The translations under genes were made by a program, and so were the position numbers. Positions 1 to 9,280 of a DNA stretch of 64,000 nucleotides are shown one piece after another; the first letter of the stretch is position 1; every line of letters starts with the position of its first letter. The notes under the pieces are model-generated. The model was not told the origin of the DNA. It did no database searches and saw only the letters and a program-made list of their open reading frames with translations. Source of the DNA: Candidatus Marinacidobacterium sp. GTDB lineage: Bacteria > Acidobacteriota > Vicinamibacteria > Marinacidobacterales > Marinacidobacteraceae. Location of the stretch: positions 1,504,001 through 1,568,000 of the forward strand of contig OZ244852.1 in NCBI GenBank assembly GCA_965220965.1, in the 5' to 3' direction.

Positions 1-97
1 AGACCACCCCCAGCGAGATGTGCGCTTCCTGGCGGTAGGCGCCCCGCTCGAGCTGGCTCCTGATGTCCCGGATCGCCGGGACGAGAGGCTCAGCCAT
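1..97 (-). CDS. Partial CDS (5' end only), resembles type I restriction HsdR N-terminal-domain family protein
   Basis: Reverse strand reads ATG at 97: MAEPLVPAIRDIRSQLERGAYRQEAHISLGVV..., preceded by GAAGGGG SD and TACAAT at 159-154; runs off the window edge. Confidence 0.45.
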   Translation of the reverse strand, partial: MAEPLVPAIRDIRSQLERGAYRQEAHISLGVV

Positions 98-230
98 GGC
101 GCCCCTTCGACACAGTCGGCGCGGCGGCCAGAGGCGTCATCGTCAAGTCGTTCATTGTATGGGCGAAACACCCAGGCGCCCGCAGGCCCAAGCCCCGGCT
201 AACGTGTTGAGCGACGGGGGCGCCCGACGC

Positions 231-1253
231 CTAAACGACCGCCGGTTCGAGCAGCCGGATCGTTCCCCGGTCGGCGTCGATCTCGGCGGGGCCGCCGATG
301 GGCAGGGTGAACTGCTCGGGGATGTGTCCGATCATGCTGCCGCGGAAGGCCGGGATGCCGAGGCCGGCGATGTGGTCCTCGAGCACCTGTTCCAGCGTGA
401 GCGAGCCGAATCCGCTCCCCGGATCGCAGTCGGTGCACCGCCCGAACACGAACCCGGCGATCCGGTCGATGACGCCCGCAAGCTTCAGCGTGGTGAGCAT
501 CCGGTCCACCCGGTAGACCGCTTCGTCGACGTCCTCCAGGAACAGGATGGCGCCGGTGAAGTCGGGGAGGTAGTCCGACCCGATGATCGCCGAGAGGACG
601 GTCAGATTGCCGCCGAGGAGATGACCCCGAGCGGTCCCCGGCGTGATCGTCCGGGTGCGGTGCTCGCGGGCGACGATGTAATCGCCGGGGTCGGCGGCCA
701 GGTTCTCCAGCAGGCCCGCCTCGCCCCGCATCAATGTCCCACGGAAGTGCTCGGTGGAGAACCGGTTGCCCGGTCCGGGGCCGTGCATCGTGATGAGGCC
801 GGTCTTCGCGTGGACGCCGGTGAGCAGCGCGGTCGCGTCGCTGTAGCCGAGGAGGACCTTGGGGTTCTCGCGGATCAGGTCGTAATCGAGGTGAGGCAGC
901 ACCCGCGCCGAGCCCCAGCCCCCGCGGGCGAAGATCCCGCGGACCTCCGGGTCGGCGAAGAACCCCATGATGTCGGCCGCCCGCTCCTCGTCCGCTCCCG
1001 CGAAGTAACCGCGCCGCCGGTAGAAGTTGGCGCCGAGCCGCGGCTCCAGCCCGACCGCCCGGAACGCGTCGGCGAACACCTCGATGGGATCGGTCTCCCA
1101 GGCCGCCGTCGCCGGACTCGTGAGCCCGATCACGTCCCCCTCGCGCAGCCGCGCCGGCCGGATGAGCGAAGACTCCTCCTGCGCCCCGACCCGCCGGACC
1201 GCGCCCAACAGCCCGACCCCGCCCAGAAGCCCGAGCGCTGTTCTCCGGTCCAA
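231..1253 (-). CDS. LD-carboxypeptidase (peptidase S66 family) with Tat-like signal peptide
   Basis: RGGWGS, LGYSDAT, GGNL, LFLEDV and IGH motifs; probable TTG start at 1253 (MDRRTALGLLGG) with GGAG SD. Confidence 0.9.
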   Translation of the reverse strand: MDRRTALGLLGGVGLLGAVRRVGAQEESSLIRPARLREGDVIGLTSPATAAWETDPIEVFADAFRAVGLEPRLGANFYRRRGYFAGADEERAADIMGFFADPEVRGIFARGGWGSARVLPHLDYDLIRENPKVLLGYSDATALLTGVHAKTGLITMHGPGPGNRFSTEHFRGTLMRGEAGLLENLAADPGDYIVAREHRTRTITPGTARGHLLGGNLTVLSAIIGSDYLPDFTGAILFLEDVDEAVYRVDRMLTTLKLAGVIDRIAGFVFGRCTDCDPGSGFGSLTLEQVLEDHIAGLGIPAFRGSMIGHIPEQFTLPIGGPAEIDADRGTIRLLEPAVV

Positions 1254-1290
1254 TCTTTCTCCAGCCGGCCCCGCCGACGCCGGTTCGATT

Positions 1291-2481
1291 CTACTGGCCG
1301 CCCAGGAGCGCCGGAATCGGCGACCGGTAGCCGGTGAGCTCCACAAAACCTCGCCCCAGCGGGGTTCCGATGTCCCACGCGAGCACGTCGGCGGCGCCCT
1401 CCCAGTAGGGGATCCGGGGGCCCGGCTGGTCGGGGCCGAGGCGGTTCTCCTGGTCGGCCAGCAACGGACGCACCCGAAGATCCAGACCCTCGGAGAACAC
1501 CCGGAGCCGCCACTCCGCGGGATAGGGAAGCTCGCCCTCCCCGAGGTCGTCCGGGCGGAACTCGCCGAGGGCTTCCACTTCGGGGCCCTCCAGCTCGATC
1601 ACCCGGCCGTCCGCGTCCCGCAGCGTGCCGCTCGCCCACGAGGTCGAGCCGTCCGCCCGCCGGAGGAGGTAGACCATCAGGTCGCGGCCGTCGTCGAGGG
1701 TCAGGCCGAACCAGTCCCAGCCGACCTGCTCGGCCGCGAGCCACGAGGAGCCGAACTCGCGGTCCAGCCAGCCGTCGCCCTCGACTTCGGTCGTCCGCCC
1801 GCCGAGCCGCACCTCGCCAGCGACCCGGAGGCGCGTCTGGCTGTAGTAGAGGCTCGCTCCGCCGCCGGGGGATTTCTCGTGGTAGCCGCCCTCCCCGTGG
1901 AAGAGCGGCGGGGCGGTGATCGACGCGGTCAGCTCGAGGCCGACCCCGGGGCGGTCGTCGCCGGCGGCCATTTGGAACGCCCCGTCGGCGAAGCCGAGCG
2001 TCCAGGGCGCCGCGGTCCCCGGCGGTCCCGGGACCCGCGCGATCTCCCCCTCGGGCCGCCCAGCAAATTCCGGGAACGACGCGAGGCCCGTCGCTTCCCG
2101 GTGGACGACCTGGACGAACTCGCGCTCCCCGGTCTCGAGGTCCGCGACCACGAGGTGCCCCATCGCCGTGCTGCGGGCGGCCCACCGGGACGGGTCGGGC
2201 GATCCCGGCGCCTCCGGCAGGCCGCTGCGGAAGAGGGTGAGCTGCCAGGCGAACCGGCGCTCCGCCTCCGGCGTCCCCAGGAACCCGACGAAGTACCACC
2301 ACTCGGTCCGGTAGCCGGGATGGACCCAGTGATCGCGAGGAAAGACCCAGGCGTGGCCGCGGTCCGTCTCCCGGAACGCGGCGTCGCCGCCCGCGGTCTG
2401 TCCCGGCGCCGACCCCGGCGCGAGCGCGGTGAGACCGGCGAAGACCCCGACCGCCAGCAGCGGGAAGCGGCGCGACGTCAC
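1291..2481 (-). CDS. AttH-like lipocalin / carotenoid 1,2-hydratase family secreted protein
   Basis: FPRDHWVH..RTEWWYF, SLYYSQTR, WLDREF, GWDWF, YWEG, GRGFVELTGY; GTG start overlaps the permease stop (GTGA). Confidence 0.85.
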   Translation of the reverse strand: MTSRRFPLLAVGVFAGLTALAPGSAPGQTAGGDAAFRETDRGHAWVFPRDHWVHPGYRTEWWYFVGFLGTPEAERRFAWQLTLFRSGLPEAPGSPDPSRWAARSTAMGHLVVADLETGEREFVQVVHREATGLASFPEFAGRPEGEIARVPGPPGTAAPWTLGFADGAFQMAAGDDRPGVGLELTASITAPPLFHGEGGYHEKSPGGGASLYYSQTRLRVAGEVRLGGRTTEVEGDGWLDREFGSSWLAAEQVGWDWFGLTLDDGRDLMVYLLRRADGSTSWASGTLRDADGRVIELEGPEVEALGEFRPDDLGEGELPYPAEWRLRVFSEGLDLRVRPLLADQENRLGPDQPGPRIPYWEGAADVLAWDIGTPLGRGFVELTGYRSPIPALLGGQ

Positions 2482-5051
2482 AACTCGCGCACCAGGGACG
2501 CCGCGCTGACCCGCGACGCCAGTCGCGCCGGCAGCGCGGCGGCGGCGAGTCCGACGAGGAGCACGAAGACCGCCTGCCCGGCGAACGAGGCGAGCGGCCA
2601 GTGGAGGTCCATCGTCCAGCCGAACCAGACCGGGTTCACGACGAGCGCCAGCACCGCCGCCAGCGCCACGCCCGCCCCGCCGCCGAGGACCAGCGCCAAG
2701 AGCGCGATCAGCAGCCCCCGTCCGAGGAACTCCGCCGCCGCCTGGCCGCGCCCGGCGCCGAGCGCCCGGACCAGCGCGGTCTCGGCGGCGCGCTCGCGGG
2801 CGAGCGCCCACAGCAGCAACCCGACGCCGAGCGCCGCGATGAGCAGCGCGAAGCGGCGCAGCAACGCGGTGACCGCCATCGTCTCGTCGAAGACGATGAG
2901 CGCCCGCTCCCGCAGCCCGTCGTTCTCGAGGATCTCCACCGACGGCGGCATGGCGGCGCGCAGGCGGGCCGCGACCTCCCCGGGGTCGACTCCATCCTGC
3001 AGGTAGAGGCCCACGCCGTGGACCGGAGGTGGGCCCTCGGTCGGAAAGAGCCGGTTCACCAGCGCGCGGTCGAGGACGACGCCGCCCCCCTCGTTCCCGT
3101 AGTCGCGATACACGCCCGCCACCCGAAGAGCCGCCGGCCCCGACAGCGTAGGGAGCGTCAGCGCGTCTCCCGGCGCCAGGTCGAGCCGCCGCGCCAGCGG
3201 CTCCGAGACGATGGCGTCTCCGAGGCTGAGTCCCGCGAGCGCAGCCTCGCGGTCCCCGAGGAAGGCGAAGCGCCGCTCCGCTCCCGGAAGATCGGGGCGG
3301 ATCCCGGCGATGGCGGTCAGACGACCCTCGAGCCGGATCCGCAGGGCGCGAAGGGTGTCCGCGTGGGCCACTCCCGGATCCCCGGCGAGCGCCGCCACCG
3401 TCTCCGGAGCGAGCGGAACCGGGACCCCGGCGGGATCCCCGAAACGACCCACCCGGGCGACGTAGAGATCGGCGATCAGCGTTTCATCGAGCCAGACCTC
3501 GAGGGTCGTGCGGAAGCTGTCGATCATCGCCGTGACCCCGACGAGCATGGCCACCGCGACGAGGAGGGCCGCCGCCGGGGGGCTGGTGGCCCCCGGCTCG
3601 CGCAGACCGGCGCGCAGCCCGCGAACGAATCCCGAGCGACCCTCGGCGCGCGCCGAGAGCGCCGCCCCCGAGACGAGCGCCGGGCGGCAGAGGAGCGCGG
3701 CGCCGACCAGGACCGCGGCCCCGGCGACGAAGCCCCCGCCGAGCGACGCCACGAAGTTCCCCCAGGCGCTGGAGGCCGGGAGCAAGGCCGAGAGCCCGAA
3801 GACGCTGAGCCCCAGCCCGAACCACGGCGCGAGCCGCCGCAGACGCGAGCGCCGCTCGGCGAGGTAGACGCTGCGTCCCGGCGCCAGAAGCGCCGCCGGG
3901 GGTCGGCGGGCGGCCGACGCGATCTCGGGAAGCGCCCCCAGCCCGGCGGCCGCGAGCGCGAGGCCAACTGACGCGGCCGCCACGCCCGGTGTCAGCCGCA
4001 CATCGCCGATCCGCTCGAGCAGATAGAAGTTCGTCACGACCGCGCCCACCCGGTCGAGCGAGAGCTCCGCCGCCACGGCTCCGAGAAGAACCCCGAGCAA
4101 CCCTCCGACGAGCGCGGTGAGCGCCACCTCAGCGCCCAGGACGGCGCCCACCCCGCCCACTGGCGCGCCGAGCGCCCGGTAGAGGCCGATTTCGCGTCGC
4201 CGCGCCGCGAGACCGGCGCGCACGCTGGCGTAGACCAGGAACGCCCCAACCAGGAGGCTGACTGCGGAGAGAGCGTTCAGCGTGAGCCGGAACGCGGCGA
4301 ACAGGTCGGCCCCCTCCTCGCGCAGCGCCATCCCCGAGGCGGCGCGCGCGCCCGGAAGCGCGGCTTCGAGCGCCGCCGCCACGACTTCGGGGTTCGCGTC
4401 GGGGGCGACGCCCACCTCGATCCGGTCGAGCCCCGGCGCACCCCGCAGCGCCTGCGCCCACGCCAGGTCGAGGAACGCGGTCTGGTCGGTCATCCCGGAG
4501 TCCGCGTCCCCGAAGACTCCGGCGACCACCGATGGCCGGGCGCGGTCCCGGTGGTCCAGCCGGACCTCGTCCCCGAGGCCGACTCCGAGGCGGCCGGCGA
4601 GGCCCCGGGGCAGCGCAATGCCCCCGGTCAGGAAAGCGTCGGCGGAAAACTCGGCGTCGCGGTCGCCCGGCGGCGCGGCGAACGCGAACCCGGCCGAGAG
4701 GAGGTCCACCCCGATGACCGGCGCGGCGACCGCGCCGTCGGGGCCGTTCAGCGTGACGGAGGGGAGTCGGACCACCGGGGAGGCGCTCTCGACGCCGGGA
4801 CGCGTCAGGGCCTCAAGCCACGCCTCATCAGGAAGCGCCCCCTCCCCGGTGGCGAGCGCTTCGAGACGGAGCTCCGCGCCGGGAGAGATGGCCTCGAGAC
4901 TCGCGTCGAGCGCATCGAGCGACGCCCGGTTCAGGAGCTGGACCGACAGGACCGCCGCGCTGCCGAGCGCGATGGCGACCACGGTGAGGGCGGCCAGCGC
5001 CGGCGCCGCGCGAACCCGCGCCGCCGCGGCGCCGAGGACGAGACGAAGCAA
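2478..5051 (-). CDS. ABC transporter permease, double FtsX/MacB-type (AttF/G-like)
   Basis: 857 aa, two repeats of TM + periplasmic domain + RRREIGLYRALGA-type motif. Confidence 0.85.
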   Translation of the reverse strand: MLRLVLGAAAARVRAAPALAALTVVAIALGSAAVLSVQLLNRASLDALDASLEAISPGAELRLEALATGEGALPDEAWLEALTRPGVESASPVVRLPSVTLNGPDGAVAAPVIGVDLLSAGFAFAAPPGDRDAEFSADAFLTGGIALPRGLAGRLGVGLGDEVRLDHRDRARPSVVAGVFGDADSGMTDQTAFLDLAWAQALRGAPGLDRIEVGVAPDANPEVVAAALEAALPGARAASGMALREEGADLFAAFRLTLNALSAVSLLVGAFLVYASVRAGLAARRREIGLYRALGAPVGGVGAVLGAEVALTALVGGLLGVLLGAVAAELSLDRVGAVVTNFYLLERIGDVRLTPGVAAASVGLALAAAGLGALPEIASAARRPPAALLAPGRSVYLAERRSRLRRLAPWFGLGLSVFGLSALLPASSAWGNFVASLGGGFVAGAAVLVGAALLCRPALVSGAALSARAEGRSGFVRGLRAGLREPGATSPPAAALLVAVAMLVGVTAMIDSFRTTLEVWLDETLIADLYVARVGRFGDPAGVPVPLAPETVAALAGDPGVAHADTLRALRIRLEGRLTAIAGIRPDLPGAERRFAFLGDREAALAGLSLGDAIVSEPLARRLDLAPGDALTLPTLSGPAALRVAGVYRDYGNEGGGVVLDRALVNRLFPTEGPPPVHGVGLYLQDGVDPGEVAARLRAAMPPSVEILENDGLRERALIVFDETMAVTALLRRFALLIAALGVGLLLWALARERAAETALVRALGAGRGQAAAEFLGRGLLIALLALVLGGGAGVALAAVLALVVNPVWFGWTMDLHWPLASFAGQAVFVLLVGLAAAALPARLASRVSAASLVREL

Positions 5052-5064
5052 GCCGGCTGGAAGG

Positions 5065-5823
5065 TCAGGCGGCCCGACGGGCGCGCACCGGGCGGAGCTC
5101 TCCGCGGGTCAGGCTCAGCCGGACCTGACAGCGCGCCGCCAGCTCCGGGTCGTGCGTCGCAAGGACTAGGCTGGAGCCGCTCTCCCCCACGAGTCGGAAC
5201 AGGAGTTCGGTGACGACGGCGCCGGCCCCGGCGTCGAGGCTTCCGGTGGGCTCATCGGCGAGCAGCAGCGCGGGACGGAGCAGGAGCGCGCGGGCGATCG
5301 CGGTGCGCTGCATCTCGCCGCCGGAGAGCGTCCGCGAGGGCTCGCGGGCGCGCGCCTCGAGGCCGACCTGGCGCAGCAGGCGCTCCGCCGCAGCCCCGGC
5401 GTCCTCGGGAGCGTCGTCCGCACCGGGAACCTGGCGGACCCCGAGGATCCGGGCGGGAAGCAGAACGTTCTCGCGAACGGTCAGGTAGGGGATGAGATGG
5501 AAGGACTGGAAGATCAGCCCGACGGACTCCCCGCGGAGCCGACTCCGCGCCCGGTCGGAGAGCGCCGCCAGGTCCTGGCCCAGCAGCCGCACGGTCCCCT
5601 CGGTGGGGATCTCGATCCCGGCCGCGAGATGGAGGAGCGTGCTCTTGCCGCTCCCGGAGGGGCCAGCGACCGAAACGGTGTCCCCCGGCCCGATGGCGAG
5701 CGTCGCGTTCTGGAGGACGCTCAGTTCCGAGCCGTCCGCCTGCGGAAACCGCTTGGCGACCTGGTCCAGCGCAACGACCGGGCCCGTCCCGTGGGCGGCC
5801 TCGCCGCCCGCAACCTGATCCAA
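5065..5823 (-). CDS. ABC transporter ATP-binding protein (LolD/MacB-type)
   Basis: GPSGSGKST, LSGGEMQR, LLLADEPTGSLD, ATHD. Confidence 0.92.
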   Translation of the reverse strand: MDQVAGGEAAHGTGPVVALDQVAKRFPQADGSELSVLQNATLAIGPGDTVSVAGPSGSGKSTLLHLAAGIEIPTEGTVRLLGQDLAALSDRARSRLRGESVGLIFQSFHLIPYLTVRENVLLPARILGVRQVPGADDAPEDAGAAAERLLRQVGLEARAREPSRTLSGGEMQRTAIARALLLRPALLLADEPTGSLDAGAGAVVTELLFRLVGESGSSLVLATHDPELAARCQVRLSLTRGELRPVRARRAA

Positions 5824-5895
5824 CCTCTGTTTCTCTTCTCGGTGCGCCGATTACGGTAGCACCCGGCCGGAGGCCTCCCGGCCTAAACTGTCAGC

Positions 5896-6036
5896 AAGTC
5901 GTAAAGGTTCCTCCCCGCCGAAAGGATCCCATGGGGGTCGGCCACCGAGCGCTCGGGACTACGCCAGGTGGGGAGGTCGATCCGGCCCCTGAGGCGCCGA
6001 CCCTTCCGGCGTTCCGCCGCGAGCGGAACGCCGGTT
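5896..6036 (+). ncRNA. Candidate structured small RNA (or 35-aa small-ORF transcript), unassigned family
   Basis: TAAACT at 5884-5889; helices 5910-5919/5967-5976 and 5933-5942/5996-6005; palindrome 5945-5956; ends at hairpin 6006-6034. Confidence 0.4.
6006..6034. terminator. Perfect 12-bp hairpin, probable terminator (possibly bidirectional)
   Basis: CCGGCGTTCCGC-cgcga-GCGGAACGCCGG, 14 nt past the stop of the 6049 gene. Confidence 0.65.
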
Positions 6037-6048
6037 GATGAAGCCCGC

Positions 6049-9000
6049 CTAGTTCGAGGTGGTCTCGTCGGTGGCGATGACCACCGCCGGGACGCCGAGT
6101 TCGGCGACCCGGGCGTTGAACGGGGTCAGGTGCTCGGCGATCGCCGCGTCGAGGTCGGCGTGGATCGCGTCGAGGTCCGGCTTCAGGTCGTCGAGTCGAT
6201 CGTAGGCGCCCGCGGTCGGCTCGTAGTCGGCCTGGACGATGTAGCCATAGAGCGTGACCAACTGGTTGTCGATCATCGGCGGGAAGTTGATCGGATCCTG
6301 GGACGAACGGCTCTTCGTCTGGGTGATCGTCTCCTCGATTTCGGTGAGCCGCTCGTCGAGCGCCTTCGCGAGATCCGAGAGCTGCTCGTCGGCGCGGTCG
6401 GCCCTGCCGAGGCGCGACACGATGTCGGAAGCCTGCGACTTGACCTCGCGGAGCCGGGTGAGCGCCCCGAAGAGCTTTTTGATCTCGTCGCCGACCGTAA
6501 TCCCCAGCTCGCGCTGCTTCGCGAGGTCCTCGGCGGTCGAGGAAACGTTCGGGTTGATCTCAACCGTCAGGGGCTGGGTCATCGTCTCGCCGGCGACGGT
6601 CAGCCGCACCTCGTACTCGCCCGGCAGCGCGGGCAGCCCCGGGGTGCCGCCCCAGTGGACAACGCCGGCGGGCCGCTGGATGGCCTCGCCGCGCAGGTTC
6701 CAGCGGAACTTGTTGAGCCCCGCCGCCGCCGGGAGACGGCCGCCGCCGCCACCGCCGAAGAAGATCGCGAAGGGGGAGAGCGGTCCGGTCGGCGGCGCCG
6801 GGCCCGGCTGACCGGTGAGGCTCCGTACGACCTCGCCGTCCGGGTCCACGATCTCGAGCGTGATCGGCGCCTCGGGCTGCTCCTTCAGGTGGTAGTGGAT
6901 CTCGGCCGCGCCGAGGAACCCGCCCCGGTAGGCGGTTCTCGGCGTGTAGAGGACGGCGTCCTGCGCCATCGTCTCGTCGGTGATCTGGTGGAGCGTGCTC
7001 AGGTCGTCGAGGACCCAGAAGGACCGGCCCTGGGTGGAGATGACGAGGTCCTTGCGGTGGACGCGAAGGCCCGTCACCGGCGAGACCGGGAGATTGTTCT
7101 GGAACCGCTGCCAGTGGGCGCCGTCATCGAAGGAGATGTAGAGGCCGAACTCGGTCCCGGCGTAGAGCAGACCCCTCCGGTCGGGGTCCTCGCGGATCGC
7201 GCGGGTGAAGTTCGTCGGCGGGATCCCGTTCGTCCCGTCGGTGAGCAGGTCCCAGCTCGCCCCGGAGTCGTTCGTCCGGAAGATGTACGGCCGGAAGTCG
7301 TTCTCCCGGTAGCGGTAGACCGCGATGAACACTCGCGCCGGGTCGTGCTCCGAGATCTCGATCACGTTCACCGTGCCGCCCTCGGGCATGCCCTCCGGCG
7401 TGATCTCGGTCCAGGTCGTCCCCCGGTCGCGCGAGATGTGGACGCGGCCGTCGTCGCTTCCGGCCCACAGTTCGCCCGGGGTGTGCTGCGACTCCTCGAA
7501 CGAGAAGACCGTGTTGTAGACCTCGACCCCGGTGCCGTCCTGCGTGATCGGGCCCCCGGCGTAGTCCTGGTGCTCGGGGTTGTTCGTCGTCAGGTCGGGG
7601 CTGATCACCGACCAGCTCTGCCCCTCGTCGCGGGACATATGGACGACCTGCGAGGCGTGGTAGAGGATGTCCGGGTCGTGGGGTGAGAGCCGGATCGGCG
7701 CGTTCCACTGGAAGCGGTAGTTCAGGTCGCGCGCCGCCTGCCCGAGCTGGAGCTGGGGGTAGGCGACGATCTGCCGCATCTCGCCGGTCTTCCGGTTGTA
7801 CCGACTGATCGCGCCGCCGTAGCAGCCGGCGTAGATGATGTCGGTGTCGCGGGGATCCACCGCGATATGGCCGCTCTCGCAGCCGCCGACCTGGTACCAG
7901 TCGGGCACAACGCTGAATCCGGGCCGCGAAGGCACCGAGATCGTGCTGTTGTCCTGCTGCGAGCCGTAGATCCGGTAGGGCCAGGCGTCGTCGACGAAGA
8001 CCCGGTAGATCTCGGCGGTCTCCTGGCCCTGCTGGTCGGTCCAGCTCTTGCCGCCGTCGAACGAGACGTTCGCGCCGCCGTCGTTCGCGTTGATCATGTT
8101 GAGCGGGTTGTCCGGATTGATCCAGAGGTCATGGTTGTCCCCGTGGGGGACCCGGATCCGCTCGGGGAACGTCCGGCCGCCGTCGATCGACTTGTGGAAG
8201 GCCACGTTCAGCACGTAGACCGTGTTCTCGTCCTGGGGGTCGGCGAACAGGTGGATGTAGTACCAGGGACGCTGGCGAAGCGCCGCGTCGCCGTTGATCC
8301 GGCTGAAGCTCTCGCCCCCGTCGTCGGAGCGGTAGAGCCCGCCGATGTCGCCCTCGGCCTCGAGGAGCACCCAGATCCGGTCGGAGTTCGCCGGCGAGAC
8401 GGCCACCGCCGTCTTCCCGACCATGCCCTGGGGAAGGCCGCCCTCGACCTTCTCCCAGGTGTCGCCGGCGTCGCGGCTGCGGTAGATCCCGCCGTCCTCG
8501 CTGCCCGAGATCATCGTCCACGGCTTCCGCTCGGCGCGCCAGGCGCCGGCGTAGAGGATCCTCGGGTTCGTCGGGTCCATCTCGATGTCCACGAAGCCGG
8601 TCCGCTCCGACAGGTGCAGCACCCGCTCCCAGGTGGCGCCGCCGTCGCGGGTCCGGTAGATCCCCCGGTCCTCGTTCGGACCGAAGATGTACCCGAGCGC
8701 CGCCACGTAGACGAGGTCCGGGTCATTCGGATGGACCGCCAGCGCACCGATCTGCCCGGCGTGACGCAGGCCGATGTGGGACCAGGTCTTCCCGGCGTCG
8801 GTGCTCTTGTACATCCCGTCGCCGACCGAGATGTTGCCGCGTGTCGAGGCCGACCCGGTCCCGACGTAGATGACGTTCACATCGGAGGGCGCCACGCCGA
8901 TCGATCCGACCGCGCCAACGCCGAAGAAGCCGTCGCTCACGTTGACCCAGGAGTGCCCGGCGTCGGTCGTCTTGAACACGCCGCCGCCGGTGCCGCCGAA

Positions 9001-9219
9001 GTAGTAGGTCAGCGGGTCGCCGGGAACGCCGATCGCCGCGGTGGAGCGTCCCCCCCGGGTGAATCCGACCGCGCGGAAGCGGAGTCCCTCGAGGTACTCG
9101 TCGGGAACGGTGACGTTCGCCTCGTCGAAGTGCTCCTCGTAGTCCCGGTGGCTGCCCTGCGCCAGGGCGAGGCCCGGGAGGAGGGCGAGGACGGCCGCGA
9201 GAGCGGTGAACTGCTTCAT
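6049..9219 (-). CDS. Secreted VPS10/BNR-repeat beta-propeller glycosyl hydrolase-like protein
   Basis: Many S/T-x-D-x-G-x-T/S-W Asp-box repeats; signal peptide MKQFTALAAV; ATG 9219 with CAGGAG SD. Confidence 0.85.
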   Translation of the reverse strand: MKQFTALAAVLALLPGLALAQGSHRDYEEHFDEANVTVPDEYLEGLRFRAVGFTRGGRSTAAIGVPGDPLTYYFGGTGGGVFKTTDAGHSWVNVSDGFFGVGAVGSIGVAPSDVNVIYVGTGSASTRGNISVGDGMYKSTDAGKTWSHIGLRHAGQIGALAVHPNDPDLVYVAALGYIFGPNEDRGIYRTRDGGATWERVLHLSERTGFVDIEMDPTNPRILYAGAWRAERKPWTMISGSEDGGIYRSRDAGDTWEKVEGGLPQGMVGKTAVAVSPANSDRIWVLLEAEGDIGGLYRSDDGGESFSRINGDAALRQRPWYYIHLFADPQDENTVYVLNVAFHKSIDGGRTFPERIRVPHGDNHDLWINPDNPLNMINANDGGANVSFDGGKSWTDQQGQETAEIYRVFVDDAWPYRIYGSQQDNSTISVPSRPGFSVVPDWYQVGGCESGHIAVDPRDTDIIYAGCYGGAISRYNRKTGEMRQIVAYPQLQLGQAARDLNYRFQWNAPIRLSPHDPDILYHASQVVHMSRDEGQSWSVISPDLTTNNPEHQDYAGGPITQDGTGVEVYNTVFSFEESQHTPGELWAGSDDGRVHISRDRGTTWTEITPEGMPEGGTVNVIEISEHDPARVFIAVYRYRENDFRPYIFRTNDSGASWDLLTDGTNGIPPTNFTRAIREDPDRRGLLYAGTEFGLYISFDDGAHWQRFQNNLPVSPVTGLRVHRKDLVISTQGRSFWVLDDLSTLHQITDETMAQDAVLYTPRTAYRGGFLGAAEIHYHLKEQPEAPITLEIVDPDGEVVRSLTGQPGPAPPTGPLSPFAIFFGGGGGGRLPAAAGLNKFRWNLRGEAIQRPAGVVHWGGTPGLPALPGEYEVRLTVAGETMTQPLTVEINPNVSSTAEDLAKQRELGITVGDEIKKLFGALTRLREVKSQASDIVSRLGRADRADEQLSDLAKALDERLTEIEETITQTKSRSSQDPINFPPMIDNQLVTLYGYIVQADYEPTAGAYDRLDDLKPDLDAIHADLDAAIAEHLTPFNARVAELGVPAVVIATDETTSN

Positions 9220-9280
9220 GAACCAGAACTCCTGGGATGGAAACCGCGGAAAGGACAGCCGGTGAGTGTACCGGCGGCGC

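Noticed and set aside
5874-6005. Partial resemblance to c-di-GMP-I (GCCTCCCGGCCTAAAC), SMK (CCGAAAGGAT), SAH (GAGCGCT..GCCAGG) and cobalamin motifs
   Set aside because: Each lacks the remaining conserved core and no + strand gene follows; kept only as an unassigned RNA candidate
6049-9219. Recurrent similar DNA motifs suggesting a repeat array
   Set aside because: They encode BNR/Asp-box protein repeats; no constant repeat-spacer periodicity, so not CRISPR
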